From an uncultured Candidatus Saccharibacteria bacterium (lineage in GTDB: Bacteria; Patescibacteriota; Minisyncoccia; Minisyncoccales; UBA1441), in assembly GCA_964477715.1 (NCBI GenBank), contig CAYZEC010000011.1, positions 1 through 54,568 on the forward strand: DNA of 54,568 bases. Reading direction: 5' to 3'. Within the stretch, counting starts at the first letter, position 1. Every line of letters begins with the position of its first letter. Position numbers and translations under genes: made by a program. The notes below the pieces were generated by a model that saw only the letters and a list, made by a program, of their open reading frames with translations, made no database searches and was not told the origin of the DNA. This document shows positions 20,453 to 30,835 of this stretch, piece after piece.

Positions 20453-22322
20453 TTTTATGATCGAAATACAAACTCAGTATATCTTGAGCTACAGCCCTTA
20501 CGGCAATCATGCTTTCTGCCACATCACGAATCATTAAAATTAAAACAATCTCGGGATCTTCATATGGCGCAAAAATCCCCATCCAATTGTGATAAACTCC
20601 CTCTCGACCAGTCTGAGCCGTCCCCGTTTTAACAGCCGAACTAACTGACAGCCTATTTAGAGCATGAGTCGATGACCTTGGATCAGTAACGGCTTGCCTC
20701 ATCCCCTCTCTAACAATTTCAATGCTTTCATAATCAGCAACGGCAGAATTCAGAATAACCGGATCAATCTCCATGATAATTTCTTGTTCTTTCCCGTCTT
20801 TTTTAATAACCTGTTTAACCACTTGTGGCTGATAAAGGATTCCTCCATTAGCTAAGGCAGCATAAGCCACCGCTACTTGTAAAGGCGTGATACTGAAATT
20901 GCCTTGCCCAATTGAAAGATGATAAGTATTTCCGAGTCGCCAATCTTGATTAATAAAAGGCAATATTCCCTGCCCTTCATTGGGAAGATCAATTCCCGTT
21001 GGCTCTCCCCAGCCAAAGCGCTCTAACCAACTCTTTATTCTATCGGGGCCCAGGCCCTTAATACTTTGATAACCACCACCAATCATATAGAAATAGGTAT
21101 TCACTGATTCTGAAATGGCTCGCCTTAAATCAGTCATTCCGTGAAAACTCCAATCACGATAGCATTGTTGTTCTCCTGTGTAAGCGTGAGAAACGCATAT
21201 TGATTCCGGAGCAAATATTTCTTGATCAGGGTCAATAATTTCTTCTTCAAGAGCTGCAACTGCTATTAACGGCTTGATAATTGAACCCGTGGCATAACCG
21301 ATTCCCGAGATAGATTGATTGAAGAGAGAAAATCCAGAATCATTTATAATTTTTTCAAGTTCTTCTATTGAGAGAAATTTACCAAAAATATTATTATCAT
21401 AACCAGGCAAACTGACCATCGCCAAAACAGCTCCATTGCGAGGATCCAGAGCTATTGCATTTGCTTCCCGAGAACCAACCTCCTCCATCTTGGCTCTCAA
21501 TAAAGATTCCACATTTTTCTGTAATTCATAATCTAAATTCAATACTAAGCTGTAACCCGGCTCGGGCTCCTTAATAACCGCCCCCTCGATTATTCTTCCT
21601 CGGGCATCTCGTTCAATTTGATATTCTCCTGATCGATCTCGCAAATAGTCATCATAATATTTTTCTAATCCAGCTACCCCCGTACGGTCCATCTTAGAAA
21701 CATAGCCAAGCATATGAGCCAGCCCGCCCTCCTGTTGATAGGCACGAACCAAATAACGCTCTAGATAAATACCTGGCCAGTCTTCTGTTTTTGTTTCCCA
21801 AAAAATTACCTGATCATAGGTTAAGTCATCTTGTACCAGAAAATTTTCTTCTCTCGCCCCTATTATCTCTTCTAACCCTAATCGGCTTAATTCCGTAAAT
21901 TGAACCAAGCGATCGGTCAACCATTTTTTTTGAGCAATATCATTAGGTATTTCTTCCGGGTTAATCATTAGACGATAAATCGTCTTATTCTCTACTAATT
22001 GATTCATGTATTGATCATAAATCACTCCTCTTTCTGCTCGAATTACTCGAACAATGAATTTATTGTTTTCTGCCCTGGTACGATATTCACTTCCCTCAAT
22101 AATTTGGAACCAAAAACTCCGAGCAATTAATAAGAAAAAAATAGTCATAACTCCTATTAGAAGAAGCCAAAGTTTTTTCTCGGGAAGAGGCTTTTCGAGC
22201 TTATTTTCTGATTCGGGGATTTTGTCTTCTTTTTGTTGAGCCAAACGATCAAGAAATACCTCGTGAGGCTCAAGGCTACGACTAAAATCTCTATTAACCT
22301 TTAATTTTTTATACGGATTCAT
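20418..22322 (-). CDS. mrdA: penicillin-binding protein 2 (class B transpeptidase)
   Basis: TM helix and dimerisation domain. Motifs SIIK (SxxK), SVN (SxN) and KTGTA (KTG). I start at ATG 22322 (MNPYKKLKV); the track starts at TTG 22355. Confidence 0.85.
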   Translation of the reverse strand: MNPYKKLKVNRDFSRSLEPHEVFLDRLAQQKEDKIPESENKLEKPLPEKKLWLLLIGVMTIFFLLIARSFWFQIIEGSEYRTRAENNKFIVRVIRAERGVIYDQYMNQLVENKTIYRLMINPEEIPNDIAQKKWLTDRLVQFTELSRLGLEEIIGAREENFLVQDDLTYDQVIFWETKTEDWPGIYLERYLVRAYQQEGGLAHMLGYVSKMDRTGVAGLEKYYDDYLRDRSGEYQIERDARGRIIEGAVIKEPEPGYSLVLNLDYELQKNVESLLRAKMEEVGSREANAIALDPRNGAVLAMVSLPGYDNNIFGKFLSIEELEKIINDSGFSLFNQSISGIGYATGSIIKPLIAVAALEEEIIDPDQEIFAPESICVSHAYTGEQQCYRDWSFHGMTDLRRAISESVNTYFYMIGGGYQSIKGLGPDRIKSWLERFGWGEPTGIDLPNEGQGILPFINQDWRLGNTYHLSIGQGNFSITPLQVAVAYAALANGGILYQPQVVKQVIKKDGKEQEIIMEIDPVILNSAVADYESIEIVREGMRQAVTDPRSSTHALNRLSVSSAVKTGTAQTGREGVYHNWMGIFAPYEDPEIVLILMIRDVAESMIAVRAVAQDILSLYFDHKNDKFNQKDIHD

Positions 22323-22821
22323 GCAATAATTTTGCTTTAAATCGAACTGGAACAATCAACCAAATTATTAAAAATAATATTAAATGATAACATGTTTGAA
22401 TCATCAATTGAGAAAAATTCAACAAAATGATTGAACCTGTTTCTCTCAAGAACTGATTTGATAAAAAATTAATTAGATAAGCGAAAGGGTTATAAGCAAG
22501 CGAAAGGAAAGTTAAACAAGCCAAAAAACTAATTAAATTCTGGAAATTAAAATATTGTTTTAAGGCCTGAATTATGGCTCCAAATATAATTAAGCTCAAT
22601 ATTGCTGGCCCCAAATGATGATGAGTAAAAACATCTAAAAGAAATCCACTCCAGATCATTAGTAAAAACAATCGATACTTGTTATTGGTTCTAATTGCTA
22701 TTACTAAAGTTGCTAAAAGAGTAAAATTTATCCAGATATCATGAATTGGGAAATAGCGCCCAAAACCAACTTGAGCGAGTATCAAGATATATAAAAAAAA
22801 TGCTAATAGAATATTTTTCAC
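22309..22821 (-). CDS. mreD: rod shape-determining protein MreD-like
   Basis: 170-aa polytopic membrane protein between mreC and the PBP2 gene. Called from context and size. Confidence 0.6.
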   Translation of the reverse strand: MKNILLAFFLYILILAQVGFGRYFPIHDIWINFTLLATLVIAIRTNNKYRLFLLMIWSGFLLDVFTHHHLGPAILSLIIFGAIIQALKQYFNFQNLISFLACLTFLSLAYNPFAYLINFLSNQFLRETGSIILLNFSQLMIQTCYHLILFLIIWLIVPVRFKAKLLHESV

Positions 22822-22822
22822 C

Positions 22823-23620
22823 TTAAAAATCTTGAATCACAAAAATAATATCTAGTTCTAAAAAATTAATTAATGGAAATATTTTTGCTTTTAATGAAGA
22901 ACGAACATCATCCTTTTCAATTGATCCCATTTGACCAACTAATAGGCCAGCTGGATATTCATCGCGGAATAATTCTGTTATCAAATTCTGGCCCTCTCTG
23001 AAGGGTTGAGCTAAGTCGATAGATTCTAGCTCAACTATCATGTTTCCCCGCCCCCTCAAAAATCCTCTTGCTGGAGAATCGTCAAGAGTTCTAACCTTTA
23101 CCCAAAAATCTGGATGTGATAAGAAAATAATTCTTGACTGACGATCACTTGTTTCTACTATTTTTCCAATAAAAATATAATCACTTGTAATAACCGATTG
23201 TCCCACTTGCACATCGTCTTCTTTCCCTAAATTAATTATTCCCCAATCTTGGCTTGGATCAAAATAAGATAAAGAGCCTTTTATTATCTGCCAATCATGA
23301 ATTCTTTCTTTTATACCAGATATTTCAATCAATGCCTCTTTCTCAACCAGGCATTGATTTTGAGAAATTAGCTTTTTTAATAGATCATTCCTCTGAATTA
23401 ACAAAATATCTCTTTCCCTCTTCAATGATTCTTTTTCTCGAAAATAATTTAAAAATTTATCTGTTTTTCGACCCCAACCATCAAATACTTGATAGATGGG
23501 CTGAGAAAACCAATGAACAGAATTTTGTATCGCATTAGAACCAATAAATTGAATCAAGCATAAAACAAAAATTACCAAAATCACAAAAATAGTTTTCTTA
23601 ATCCATTTTTTATTAGTCAT
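22823..23620 (-). CDS. mreC: rod shape-determining protein MreC
   Basis: N-terminal TM helix, coiled coil (KESLKRERDILLIQRNDLLKKL), C-terminal beta-rich domain, and position upstream of mreD. Confidence 0.8.
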   Translation of the reverse strand: MTNKKWIKKTIFVILVIFVLCLIQFIGSNAIQNSVHWFSQPIYQVFDGWGRKTDKFLNYFREKESLKRERDILLIQRNDLLKKLISQNQCLVEKEALIEISGIKERIHDWQIIKGSLSYFDPSQDWGIINLGKEDDVQVGQSVITSDYIFIGKIVETSDRQSRIIFLSHPDFWVKVRTLDDSPARGFLRGRGNMIVELESIDLAQPFREGQNLITELFRDEYPAGLLVGQMGSIEKDDVRSSLKAKIFPLINFLELDIIFVIQDF

Positions 23621-23644
23621 GCCTAGATTATAGCTTAAAAAAGA

Positions 23645-23673
23645 AAAACAAAAAAACCGCTTTAAAGCGGTTT
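23645..23673 (-). terminator. rho-independent terminator after 5S rRNA (symmetric, could act in both directions)
   Basis: Hairpin AACCGC-TTTAAA-GCGGTT (23655-23672) flanked by A/T runs on both sides. Confidence 0.6.
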
Positions 23674-23680
23674 AAAAATG

Positions 23681-23800
23681 TCCTCTGGTGGCGGCGCCCT
23701 ACTTTCGCGGAAAACCACTATCATCGGCCCAGGAGTATTTCACGACTGAGTTCGGAATGGGATCAGGTGGGACAACTCCGGAATAGCCGCCACCGGAAGA
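23681..23800 (-). rRNA. rrf: 5S rRNA
   Basis: The reverse complement begins TCTTCCGGTGGCGGCTATTCCGG and ends GCGCCGCCACCAGAGGA, and these ends pair as helix I. Internal CCCATTCCGAACTCAG...GTAGGG are typical 5S segments. Confidence 0.9.
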
Positions 23801-24104
23801 CATTTTTAGCAACTATTAACTGCCAGCCAATTCAAAAAACAAAAGAAGGTTTAGATTATTAGTATCTCTTGGCTCAATGCCTTGCGGCACTTACACCTAA
23901 GACCTATCAACCCGGTAATCTTCCGGGAATCTATAAGTCCTAATCTTGGAGTAGGTTTCGCACTTTAGATGCTTTCAGTGCTTATCCTGTCCCGACATAG
24001 CTACCCAGCAATGCTCCTGGCGGAACAACTGGTACACCAGAGGTCAGTTCATTCCGGTCCTCTCGTACTAGGAATGAATCTCCTCAAGACTTTGCGCCTG
24101 CGGT

Positions 24105-24135
<31 letters not shown>

Positions 24136-24221
24136 GAACCCAGCTCGCGTAAGATTTTAATCGGCGAACAGCCGAACCCTTGGAACCTTCTCCAGCTCCA
24201 GGATATCTTGAGCCGACATCG

Positions 24222-25110
24222 CTGTCGAATTTTACTCTTCTCACGAAGAGGATCGGACTATACCTTCACCCATCTTTCTCAAAGAGAAAAATGGAGCCGG
24301 CGTTTGATAGCATTAATAGCTATCTCACCCTACATCAATAATTTTTCGCAAAATTATTGACCTCAGGATCAGTCTCTACGGGGTCTAACTTGATTTTGTA
24401 GCCCATAGATGGTACTACATAATTTTGAATTAAATTCATTAATAAGGGTACGCTTCTTTTAAGAAAACGTAATCGCATATAATGCTTATCCTTATTCATG
24501 CGTATTTCTAATCCAAAACATTTTTTTAGAGCAACGACAAGCTTTTTTTGACTTATTTGATCAAGCTGTTGAGTATTAAGATAAATATCGTTATCACGAC
24601 ATTTACTTCCGTCATCCATATACCATACCGCCAAGGCGATTTCATCTAGTATTAGATTATCAGGAATGATCTTTTTCCCATCTTGATAGAATAAATCCAT
24701 CATAGCTGTAAGTTCCGGATGCTGTCTCGTTGTAAAACGATAAGCTGTCCGATCTCGCCCATTTTTATAAAGACGAGGCGAACTATTCACTAATGATTCC
24801 AATTCAACATATTTCCAGTCAACATATTCTTTCTGTTTGGAACTATGATTGATTTCCAAAAAAGCATTTGCGCGATTTTTAACGCGCCTTAAATGTCCGT
24901 CTCCTAACACGCTTCCCAGAATGATGGACTTTTGACGTTGCGTTAGACTTCCCACGGTATTGCCCACAACTAAAAGCTAGGTTAATCGTGTTTATTCTAA
25001 CACGTTTAGTTATGGGTTTCACCGTTATGAGCCGGTTTTTTCTGCCTGAGTCAAGGCAGAACTATCTCGATTACTCGAGAAAACACCCCGATATGTGTTT
25101 TATATATTTG
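24222..25110 (-). mobile_element. group I intron in 23S rRNA after the E. coli U2500 equivalent
   Basis: The exons rejoin to CGACACCT|CGATGTCGGC. The intron starts CAAATATATAAAACACATATCGGGGTGT, where GGGTGT pairs with exon ACACCT (U-G at the splice site). It ends ...ATTCGACAG, a terminal G. About 256 nt of GC-richer core flank the ORF. Confidence 0.8.
24335..24967 (-). CDS. LAGLIDADG homing endonuclease, two-motif (monomeric) type
   Basis: 210 aa with a GTG start. Motifs [12 protein letters not shown] and [10 protein letters not shown]. Lies within intron 1 on the same strand as the rRNA. Confidence 0.85.
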   Translation of the reverse strand: MGNTVGSLTQRQKSIILGSVLGDGHLRRVKNRANAFLEINHSSKQKEYVDWKYVELESLVNSSPRLYKNGRDRTAYRFTTRQHPELTAMMDLFYQDGKKIIPDNLILDEIALAVWYMDDGSKCRDNDIYLNTQQLDQISQKKLVVALKKCFGLEIRMNKDKHYMRLRFLKRSVPLLMNLIQNYVVPSMGYKIKLDPVETDPEVNNFAKNY

Positions 25111-25678
25111 AGGTGTCGAACAGGGCCGTAGATATGGACTCGTGGGCCCTACTAACCTGTTATCCCCGGGGTAACTTTTATCTGATGATCTTCCGTAGTT
25201 CTACAAATTACGGTCGGTTCACTAAGCTCCTCTTTCGAGACTGCGCGGCATAGCCGCCTTGCAGTAAAGCCAGCTTATGGCTTTGTCCTATCGCTTCGGT
25301 TTCCATTCGAAGCTAGCTGACCTTCAGACGCCTCCGTTACTATTTAGGAGGCGAGCGCCCCACTCAAACTAACCCCCAGACACGGTCCCGGCCATTTTTG
25401 AGGTGGCTCGGTTAGAACTAAAATTACAAAAGGATGGTGTTTCATTGGCGACTCCACCTGGCCCAAAAGCCAAGCTTCAAAGTCTCCCATCTACGCTACG
25501 CAGTCATAACCCTAGGCCAATATCTGGTTATAGTAAAGCTCCCGGGGTCTTTCCGTCTAGCCGCAGGTAACCGGCATCTTCACCGGTACTGCATTTTCAC
25601 CGGGCATCTCGTTGAGACAGTTCTCCGGTCGTTACGCCTTTCATGCGGGCCTGAACTTACCAGGCAAGGGATTACGCT

Positions 25679-26412
25679 CGAACTGTTACTTAATTAGACC
25701 TGTTTTAAAACAGGCGGCAAAGCCATTTAAGGCTTCGCTCTTCATGTCGCCATGAAGATCGGACCATATCTTCTCTTAATCTTTCGATTAGAGTCCGGCG
25801 TATGGCCTCTGAGGATTTCGACTTTATCGGTACTTCCTTGTATTCATCTTTGCTGTTATGGCACGGATTTTTTCTAATCCTTTTTTATCAAGATGTTGAT
25901 TTTTATTCATCATCTTAATTATACGAGCAAAGTATTCGAAGTCTTTTCTTTTGGCAGTTTTTAATGGATGAGCTTCGAAGAAAGGTATTATCTTCGTTAG
26001 CAAGTCTATACGATTTCTAACAACGTATTTTACCAAATGATTGTGATGATTATCATATCTTTTGTTAAGATAAATAGATCCACATTCAAAGAATTTGCAA
26101 ATTTCTTTCAAGGAGTTTTTACTCTTGATTCCTTGAGTAATCACAAATTCTGGAAATACTTGCCATTTTAATCGTAATCTAGACTTAGGATGTTTAAAAA
26201 AACTTACCGTAAAACATCCTTCTCCATCAACAAAACCGACAATCCACCCGATAAAAGCCGACCTTTCCTGCTGATTGTCTGCACCAGGCACATTTTCACT
26301 CTTCATAATATTTGTTAAGGTTATATTCCCCCTTAACATAATTCTATCAGAGTAGTGCTGGATACACCAGACTTCCCAGCATATAGCCGGATTTTACTAA
26401 AGCAGTGTTCCT
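25679..26412 (-). mobile_element. group I intron in 23S rRNA after the E. coli U1931 equivalent
   Basis: The exons rejoin to CCGTGTTAAAGT|AGCGTAATCCCTTGCCTGGTAAGTTC. The intron starts AGGAACACTGCTTTAG, where GCTTTA pairs with exon TAAAGT (U-G at the splice site). It ends ...AACAGTTCG, a terminal G. The junction is ambiguous by 2 nt. Confidence 0.8.
25824..26339 (-). CDS. LAGLIDADG homing endonuclease, single-motif (homodimeric, I-CreI-like size)
   Basis: 171 aa. Single motif WIVGFVDGEGCF and no second copy. An alternative ATG is at 26306. Lies within intron 2 on the same strand as the rRNA. Confidence 0.85.
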   Translation of the reverse strand: MLRGNITLTNIMKSENVPGADNQQERSAFIGWIVGFVDGEGCFTVSFFKHPKSRLRLKWQVFPEFVITQGIKSKNSLKEICKFFECGSIYLNKRYDNHHNHLVKYVVRNRIDLLTKIIPFFEAHPLKTAKRKDFEYFARIIKMMNKNQHLDKKGLEKIRAITAKMNTRKYR

Positions 26413-27823
26413 ACTTTAACACGGTTAGAGTTACCGCGGACGTTTACCGGGGCTTCGCTCAGTCAGCCCTTATCCGAAGAAAAGGACCGCCAAGGTTAAC
26501 CTTACGGCACTGGTCAGGCGTCAGCCCCTATACATCCTCTTGCGAGTTCGCAGGGACCTGTGTCTTTGATAAACAGTCGCCAGAGAGTCGTTCGCTGCGC
26601 CCCAAGCAAGCTTGGGGAGTCCTTATTGCAAACTTACGGACACTGTTTTGCCGAGTTCCTTAACGAGATTTTACCCGTTCACCTTAGCACTTTTATGCCT
26701 ACCCACCTGTGTCGGTTTTCGGTACGGAGCCTATTAAAAACGAAACTAAAACTTTTCCTGGAAAAGTGCTCACTAGAATTTTCTTTCTCGAAAGAAAGAA
26801 TTTCGGTTGATCTTGGATTGCTCCTTAATCCGCCGACCCAAATCCGATAATGGGATCTAGCTACTACTCTTCGTCATCTTAGCTCTATTTAACAGGCGGG
26901 CTGGAATATTAACCAGCTGTCCATCGGCTACCCCTTTCGGGTTGACCTTAGGCCCGCCTAACCCTTGGATGATCACCATTGCCAAGGAAACCTTAGGTTT
27001 TCGGTGCCCAGGATTCTCACCTGAGTTGCGGTTACTCGTGCCAACATTCTCTCTTCCCCCCGCTCCACCATCGCTCACGCGACAACTTCAACGCTGGAGG
27101 AATGCTCCTCTACCTATTGATTCAAAAGAATCAATATCATGTCTTCGGTATTAGGCTTAGGCCCGTAAATTTTCGGCGCAGAATTTCTGAGCTGGTAAGC
27201 TATTACGCACTTTTTAAAGGATTGCTGCTTCTAAGCAAACCTTCCAGGTATCTGAGAAATTCCACTTCCTTGTTACACTTAGCCTAATTTAGGGACCTTA
27301 GACGATGATCTGGGTTTTTTCCCTTTTGCCTATGGACCTTAGCGCCCACAGACTGACTGCTCGACTCAAACGCATCAGGAATTCGGAGTTTGGTTAAACA
27401 AGGCGGGACGAACCCAACCAGATCTATCCAGTGCTCTACCTCCTGAGCGAAGCATCGAACGCTAGCCCTAAAGCTATTTCGAGGAGAACCAGCTATTCCC
27501 AGGCGCGATTGACTTTTCACCACTTGCCACAGCTCATCCCAGAGTTTTGCTACACTCACGGGTTCGGACCTCCACGCATGCTTCCACGCGCTTCATCCTG
27601 GCCATGGCAGGATCGCCTGGCTTCGGGTCTTACTCATGCCGCTGGGCGGGTATTTAACCCTCGCTTTCACTACGCTTCTCGGGGAAACCCCGATTAAACT
27701 TGCGACATAAATAAACTCGTTGGCTCGTTCTGCAAAAAGCACCCCGTCACGGCCCCGAAGGACCGCTCCGAGTCTTTGTAAGCATAATGGTTTCAGGTTT
27801 ATTTCAACGCCCTCACCGGGCTG

Positions 27824-27862
<39 letters not shown>

Positions 27863-28535
27863 GATATTGAGTATTTAGTCTTTCCCGGTAGTCCGGGATG
27901 ATTCCCGCTGGGTTTTCTGGCCCAACGGTACTCAGGAAAGAATCAGAAACTTCATCGTTTTCGCCTACGGGGCTATCACCCTCTTTGGCTCACTCTTTCC
28001 AGAGCGATTCGACTAACGACTATAATTTCTTTGTAATTCTCCCTACAACCCTCACGACGGAGCAAAGCTCTGTCGAAAGTTTAGACATTCTCCTGTTCGC
28101 TCGCCGCTACTAAGGAGATCTCTTACGATTTCTTTTCCTCCGCTTACTGAGATGTTTCACTTCAGCGGGTTCGCCGTCTCAAAAAGAGACTGTTTCGGGT
28201 TTAGCCGAAACGGGTACTCCCATTCGGAAATCTCCGGATCAAAGGTTGCTACGCACCTCCCCGAAGCTTATCGCAGCTACGCTACGCCCTTCTTCGCCTC
28301 AATATCCCAAGGCATCCACCATTTGCTTTTAAGTAACCTTCTAGTAAAAATGTTTTCTAAATTGACTAGCAATTAATAGTTGCTAAAGCTATTAATCACT
28401 TTATTAAATTGTCATGAACTGTTTAAAGAAAAAGCCGCTTTCACAAGCGACTGACTCAACCAACCTAAGCTAGCAATGCAACCTTCAGTCGCTTTGATTT
28501 AATCTTAATGTTAGAAGCTTTTCCATACGATGAAC

Positions 28536-28563
28536 ATTCTAGCAAAGAGAAAAATTTTGTCAA
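28536..28563 (-). promoter_or_regulatory. sigma70-type promoter of the 23S-5S unit
   Basis: On the - strand: TTGACA (28558-28563), 16-nt spacer, TAGAAT (28536-28541) preceded by TGC (extended -10 type). It is about 190 nt upstream of the mature 23S 5' end. Confidence 0.55.
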
Positions 28564-28574
28564 ATTATTAATTA

Positions 28575-28600
28575 ACAAAAAACAGGCATAAGCCTGTTTT
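28575..28600 (-). terminator. rho-independent terminator between the small ORF/murC unit and the rRNA promoter
   Basis: Hairpin AACAGGC-ATAA-GCCTGTT with U-runs on both strands. Confidence 0.55.
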
Positions 28601-28643
28601 TGATAGATATTTTAAAATATCTTTACGATATAATTCGATAAAA

Positions 28644-28796
28644 TTATTCCTGAATATTATCTTCAGGCATTTCTGTAGGTTTCGCCATTTCTTCAACTTT
28701 ACCAATCGACTCCCCTTTTTTATTCTTAGACATGAACATCCATCCAACTAATATCCCGGCAACAAGAACTATGATGATCCAGATTAAAGCACTCAT
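28644..28796 (-). CDS. possible 50-aa membrane protein (below the track length cutoff)
   Basis: My translation is MSALIWIIIVLVAGILVGWMFMSKNKKGESIGKVEEMAKPTEMPEDNIQE: one TM helix plus an acidic tail, followed by a terminator. No SD seen. Confidence 0.3.
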   Translation of the reverse strand: MSALIWIIIVLVAGILVGWMFMSKNKKGESIGKVEEMAKPTEMPEDNIQE

Positions 28797-28870
28797 AATA
28801 CAATTTATTTGATTAATTATAACTACTCTCTAAAGACAATGATACCACGATTTTAAATCAATACCAGAAA

Positions 28871-30205
28871 TTATTTTTCAAATTCATGAGCCCATTGATA
28901 TATATCGCCAGCGCCAACAGCAACCACCACATCTCCTGGTTTAATATTTTCAGTAAGCCTTTCGGTTAATTCTTTAAAAGGCCAATATTGAACATTCGAT
29001 CGATCAATGGCTGATACCATTTTTTGAGCGCTGACTTTCTTGCTCAACGATTCTTCTTCCCGTCCTGGCACTCCATAAATATTCGTGATAATGATTTGAT
29101 AATCATTTTTCATCTCTCCTTGTTCTCTTAATGTTTCCACAAAACGATCGAAAAAATGAAAGGTTCTTTGATATTGATGTGGCTGGAAAATAAACCAAAT
29201 TTTTTGATCCTGAAATCTTTCCTCGATTGCCTGAAAAAGAGATTTCAATTCCGTTGGATGATGAGCGTAATCATGAATTAAATTAAAAGAATTTTTTCCA
29301 ATTCTTCCTTTACGCTCATCAAAACGGCGCCAGCAACACTGATATTTCCCCATTGCTCGATAAAAAATATCATCTGAAATACCTAATACTCGCGCAACAT
29401 CCATCGCCGCTAAAGCGTTGCTGATATTATGTTTCCCGGGAACTTTAATTATCTTTGATAATTGACCTACTTCTTCCTGCTTTATAGAAAAAGGAATTCT
29501 TTTTTTGATTATTTGATTCGCCAAGAGATGAATAATGTTAGGATCATCTTCATTGAACACCAAGCTCCCCGAAGGAGACAATCTTTCTAAATATTTTTGA
29601 TAAGTTTCTCTAATATGGATTAGATCGCGATAATAATCTAAGTGATCTTCTTCAATATTCGTCAAAACAATAATATCGGGATGATAGTTTAAAAACGATC
29701 CCTGCCATTCATCGGCTTCGATAATTAAATAGCGCCCGTGCCCCATTCTAAAATTACTATCTCCAAACTCTTTTAATTTTGTTCCGACAATAACCGTAGG
29801 ATCTAATCCTGCTTCAATTAAAACCAAAGACAGCATTGCAACCGTTGTGCTTTTCCCATGGGTTCCCGAAACGGCAATTGTTGAATATTGGCGAGTTAAT
29901 CGCCCCAGGGCTTCAGCATAATTTAGCAATTCCAAAGAAGGTTTTTTCAAACGAATTGCTTGAGCCTTTTTTAACTCTGGATTGTTATCTGAAACAGCAG
30001 CACTAAATATAACCAGATCAGCATCATCCGGCAAATTACTAGTCTGATGTTTCCCAACTGAAATCTCCACGCCAATTTTCCTTAAAGCAAAAATGATTTC
30101 GGAGTCACTTAAATCTGAGCCAGTTATCTCATTTCCTTTAGCCATATAATATCTGGCCAAAGCCGAAACTCCTATTCCCCCTATTCCCACGCAATGTATC
30201 TTCAT
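28871..30205 (-). CDS. murC: UDP-N-acetylmuramate--L-alanine ligase
   Basis: MKIHCVGIGGIGVSALARYY, P-loop GTHGKSTT and DYAHHPTE. Confidence 0.93.
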   Translation of the reverse strand: MKIHCVGIGGIGVSALARYYMAKGNEITGSDLSDSEIIFALRKIGVEISVGKHQTSNLPDDADLVIFSAAVSDNNPELKKAQAIRLKKPSLELLNYAEALGRLTRQYSTIAVSGTHGKSTTVAMLSLVLIEAGLDPTVIVGTKLKEFGDSNFRMGHGRYLIIEADEWQGSFLNYHPDIIVLTNIEEDHLDYYRDLIHIRETYQKYLERLSPSGSLVFNEDDPNIIHLLANQIIKKRIPFSIKQEEVGQLSKIIKVPGKHNISNALAAMDVARVLGISDDIFYRAMGKYQCCWRRFDERKGRIGKNSFNLIHDYAHHPTELKSLFQAIEERFQDQKIWFIFQPHQYQRTFHFFDRFVETLREQGEMKNDYQIIITNIYGVPGREEESLSKKVSAQKMVSAIDRSNVQYWPFKELTERLTENIKPGDVVVAVGAGDIYQWAHEFEK

Positions 30206-30774
30206 GGATTTTTTAAACTGATCGTCTCAATTGTTAAATATTTTGGTGCCCTGCTTGGACTTAATTTGCTTTCCATAATCGAAACTTCCGTTACTGGAAC
30301 TTCAAAAAAGACCTCTTTCTTAATTAGCTCACGATCTTCAGGATCTATTCCAACCCATTCCCATTTCTTAACCCTTCCCAATGTAATATGAGGCTGCAGT
30401 ATTGAAGATTGTTTAGCTGGATAATAAAGATTTTCCTTACGTAATTGCCGATCGATTTCTTCTCTCAAGCTTGCAAAAGAATTATTTTGATTAGCTTCTG
30501 ACCAAACCAATCGAGGGGGCAAATCTTTTCCTGGTCCATAATTTATTTCATTAAAGACAAGACTAAATGATTCTTTTAGACTAACTATTCGCTCAAGCAT
30601 CTTTTTAATTCTAGGAACATCTTCTGAATTAACTGCTCCTAAGAAAAGTAAGGTAATATGAAGATTTTCCTCTGGCACCCAATTAATCGGCAAATTATAA
30701 CCAGAGCAAATTAAAGATAGCTCTTTTTTAATCTCTTCCGGCAATTTAATAGCAATGAATATTCTCTGAATCAT
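30202..30774 (-). CDS. thpR: RNA 2',3'-cyclic phosphodiesterase / 2'-5' RNA ligase (2H phosphoesterase)
   Basis: Two HxTx motifs, HITLLFLG and HITLGRV, at the spacing typical of LigT/ThpR. 190 aa. Confidence 0.8.
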   Translation of the reverse strand: MIQRIFIAIKLPEEIKKELSLICSGYNLPINWVPEENLHITLLFLGAVNSEDVPRIKKMLERIVSLKESFSLVFNEINYGPGKDLPPRLVWSEANQNNSFASLREEIDRQLRKENLYYPAKQSSILQPHITLGRVKKWEWVGIDPEDRELIKKEVFFEVPVTEVSIMESKLSPSRAPKYLTIETISLKNP

Positions 30775-30835
30775 GCTGGAATAATTTTAGCACATTGTAG
30801 CCAGAAAATTAATTTTCGGGTAATATGAATGTATT

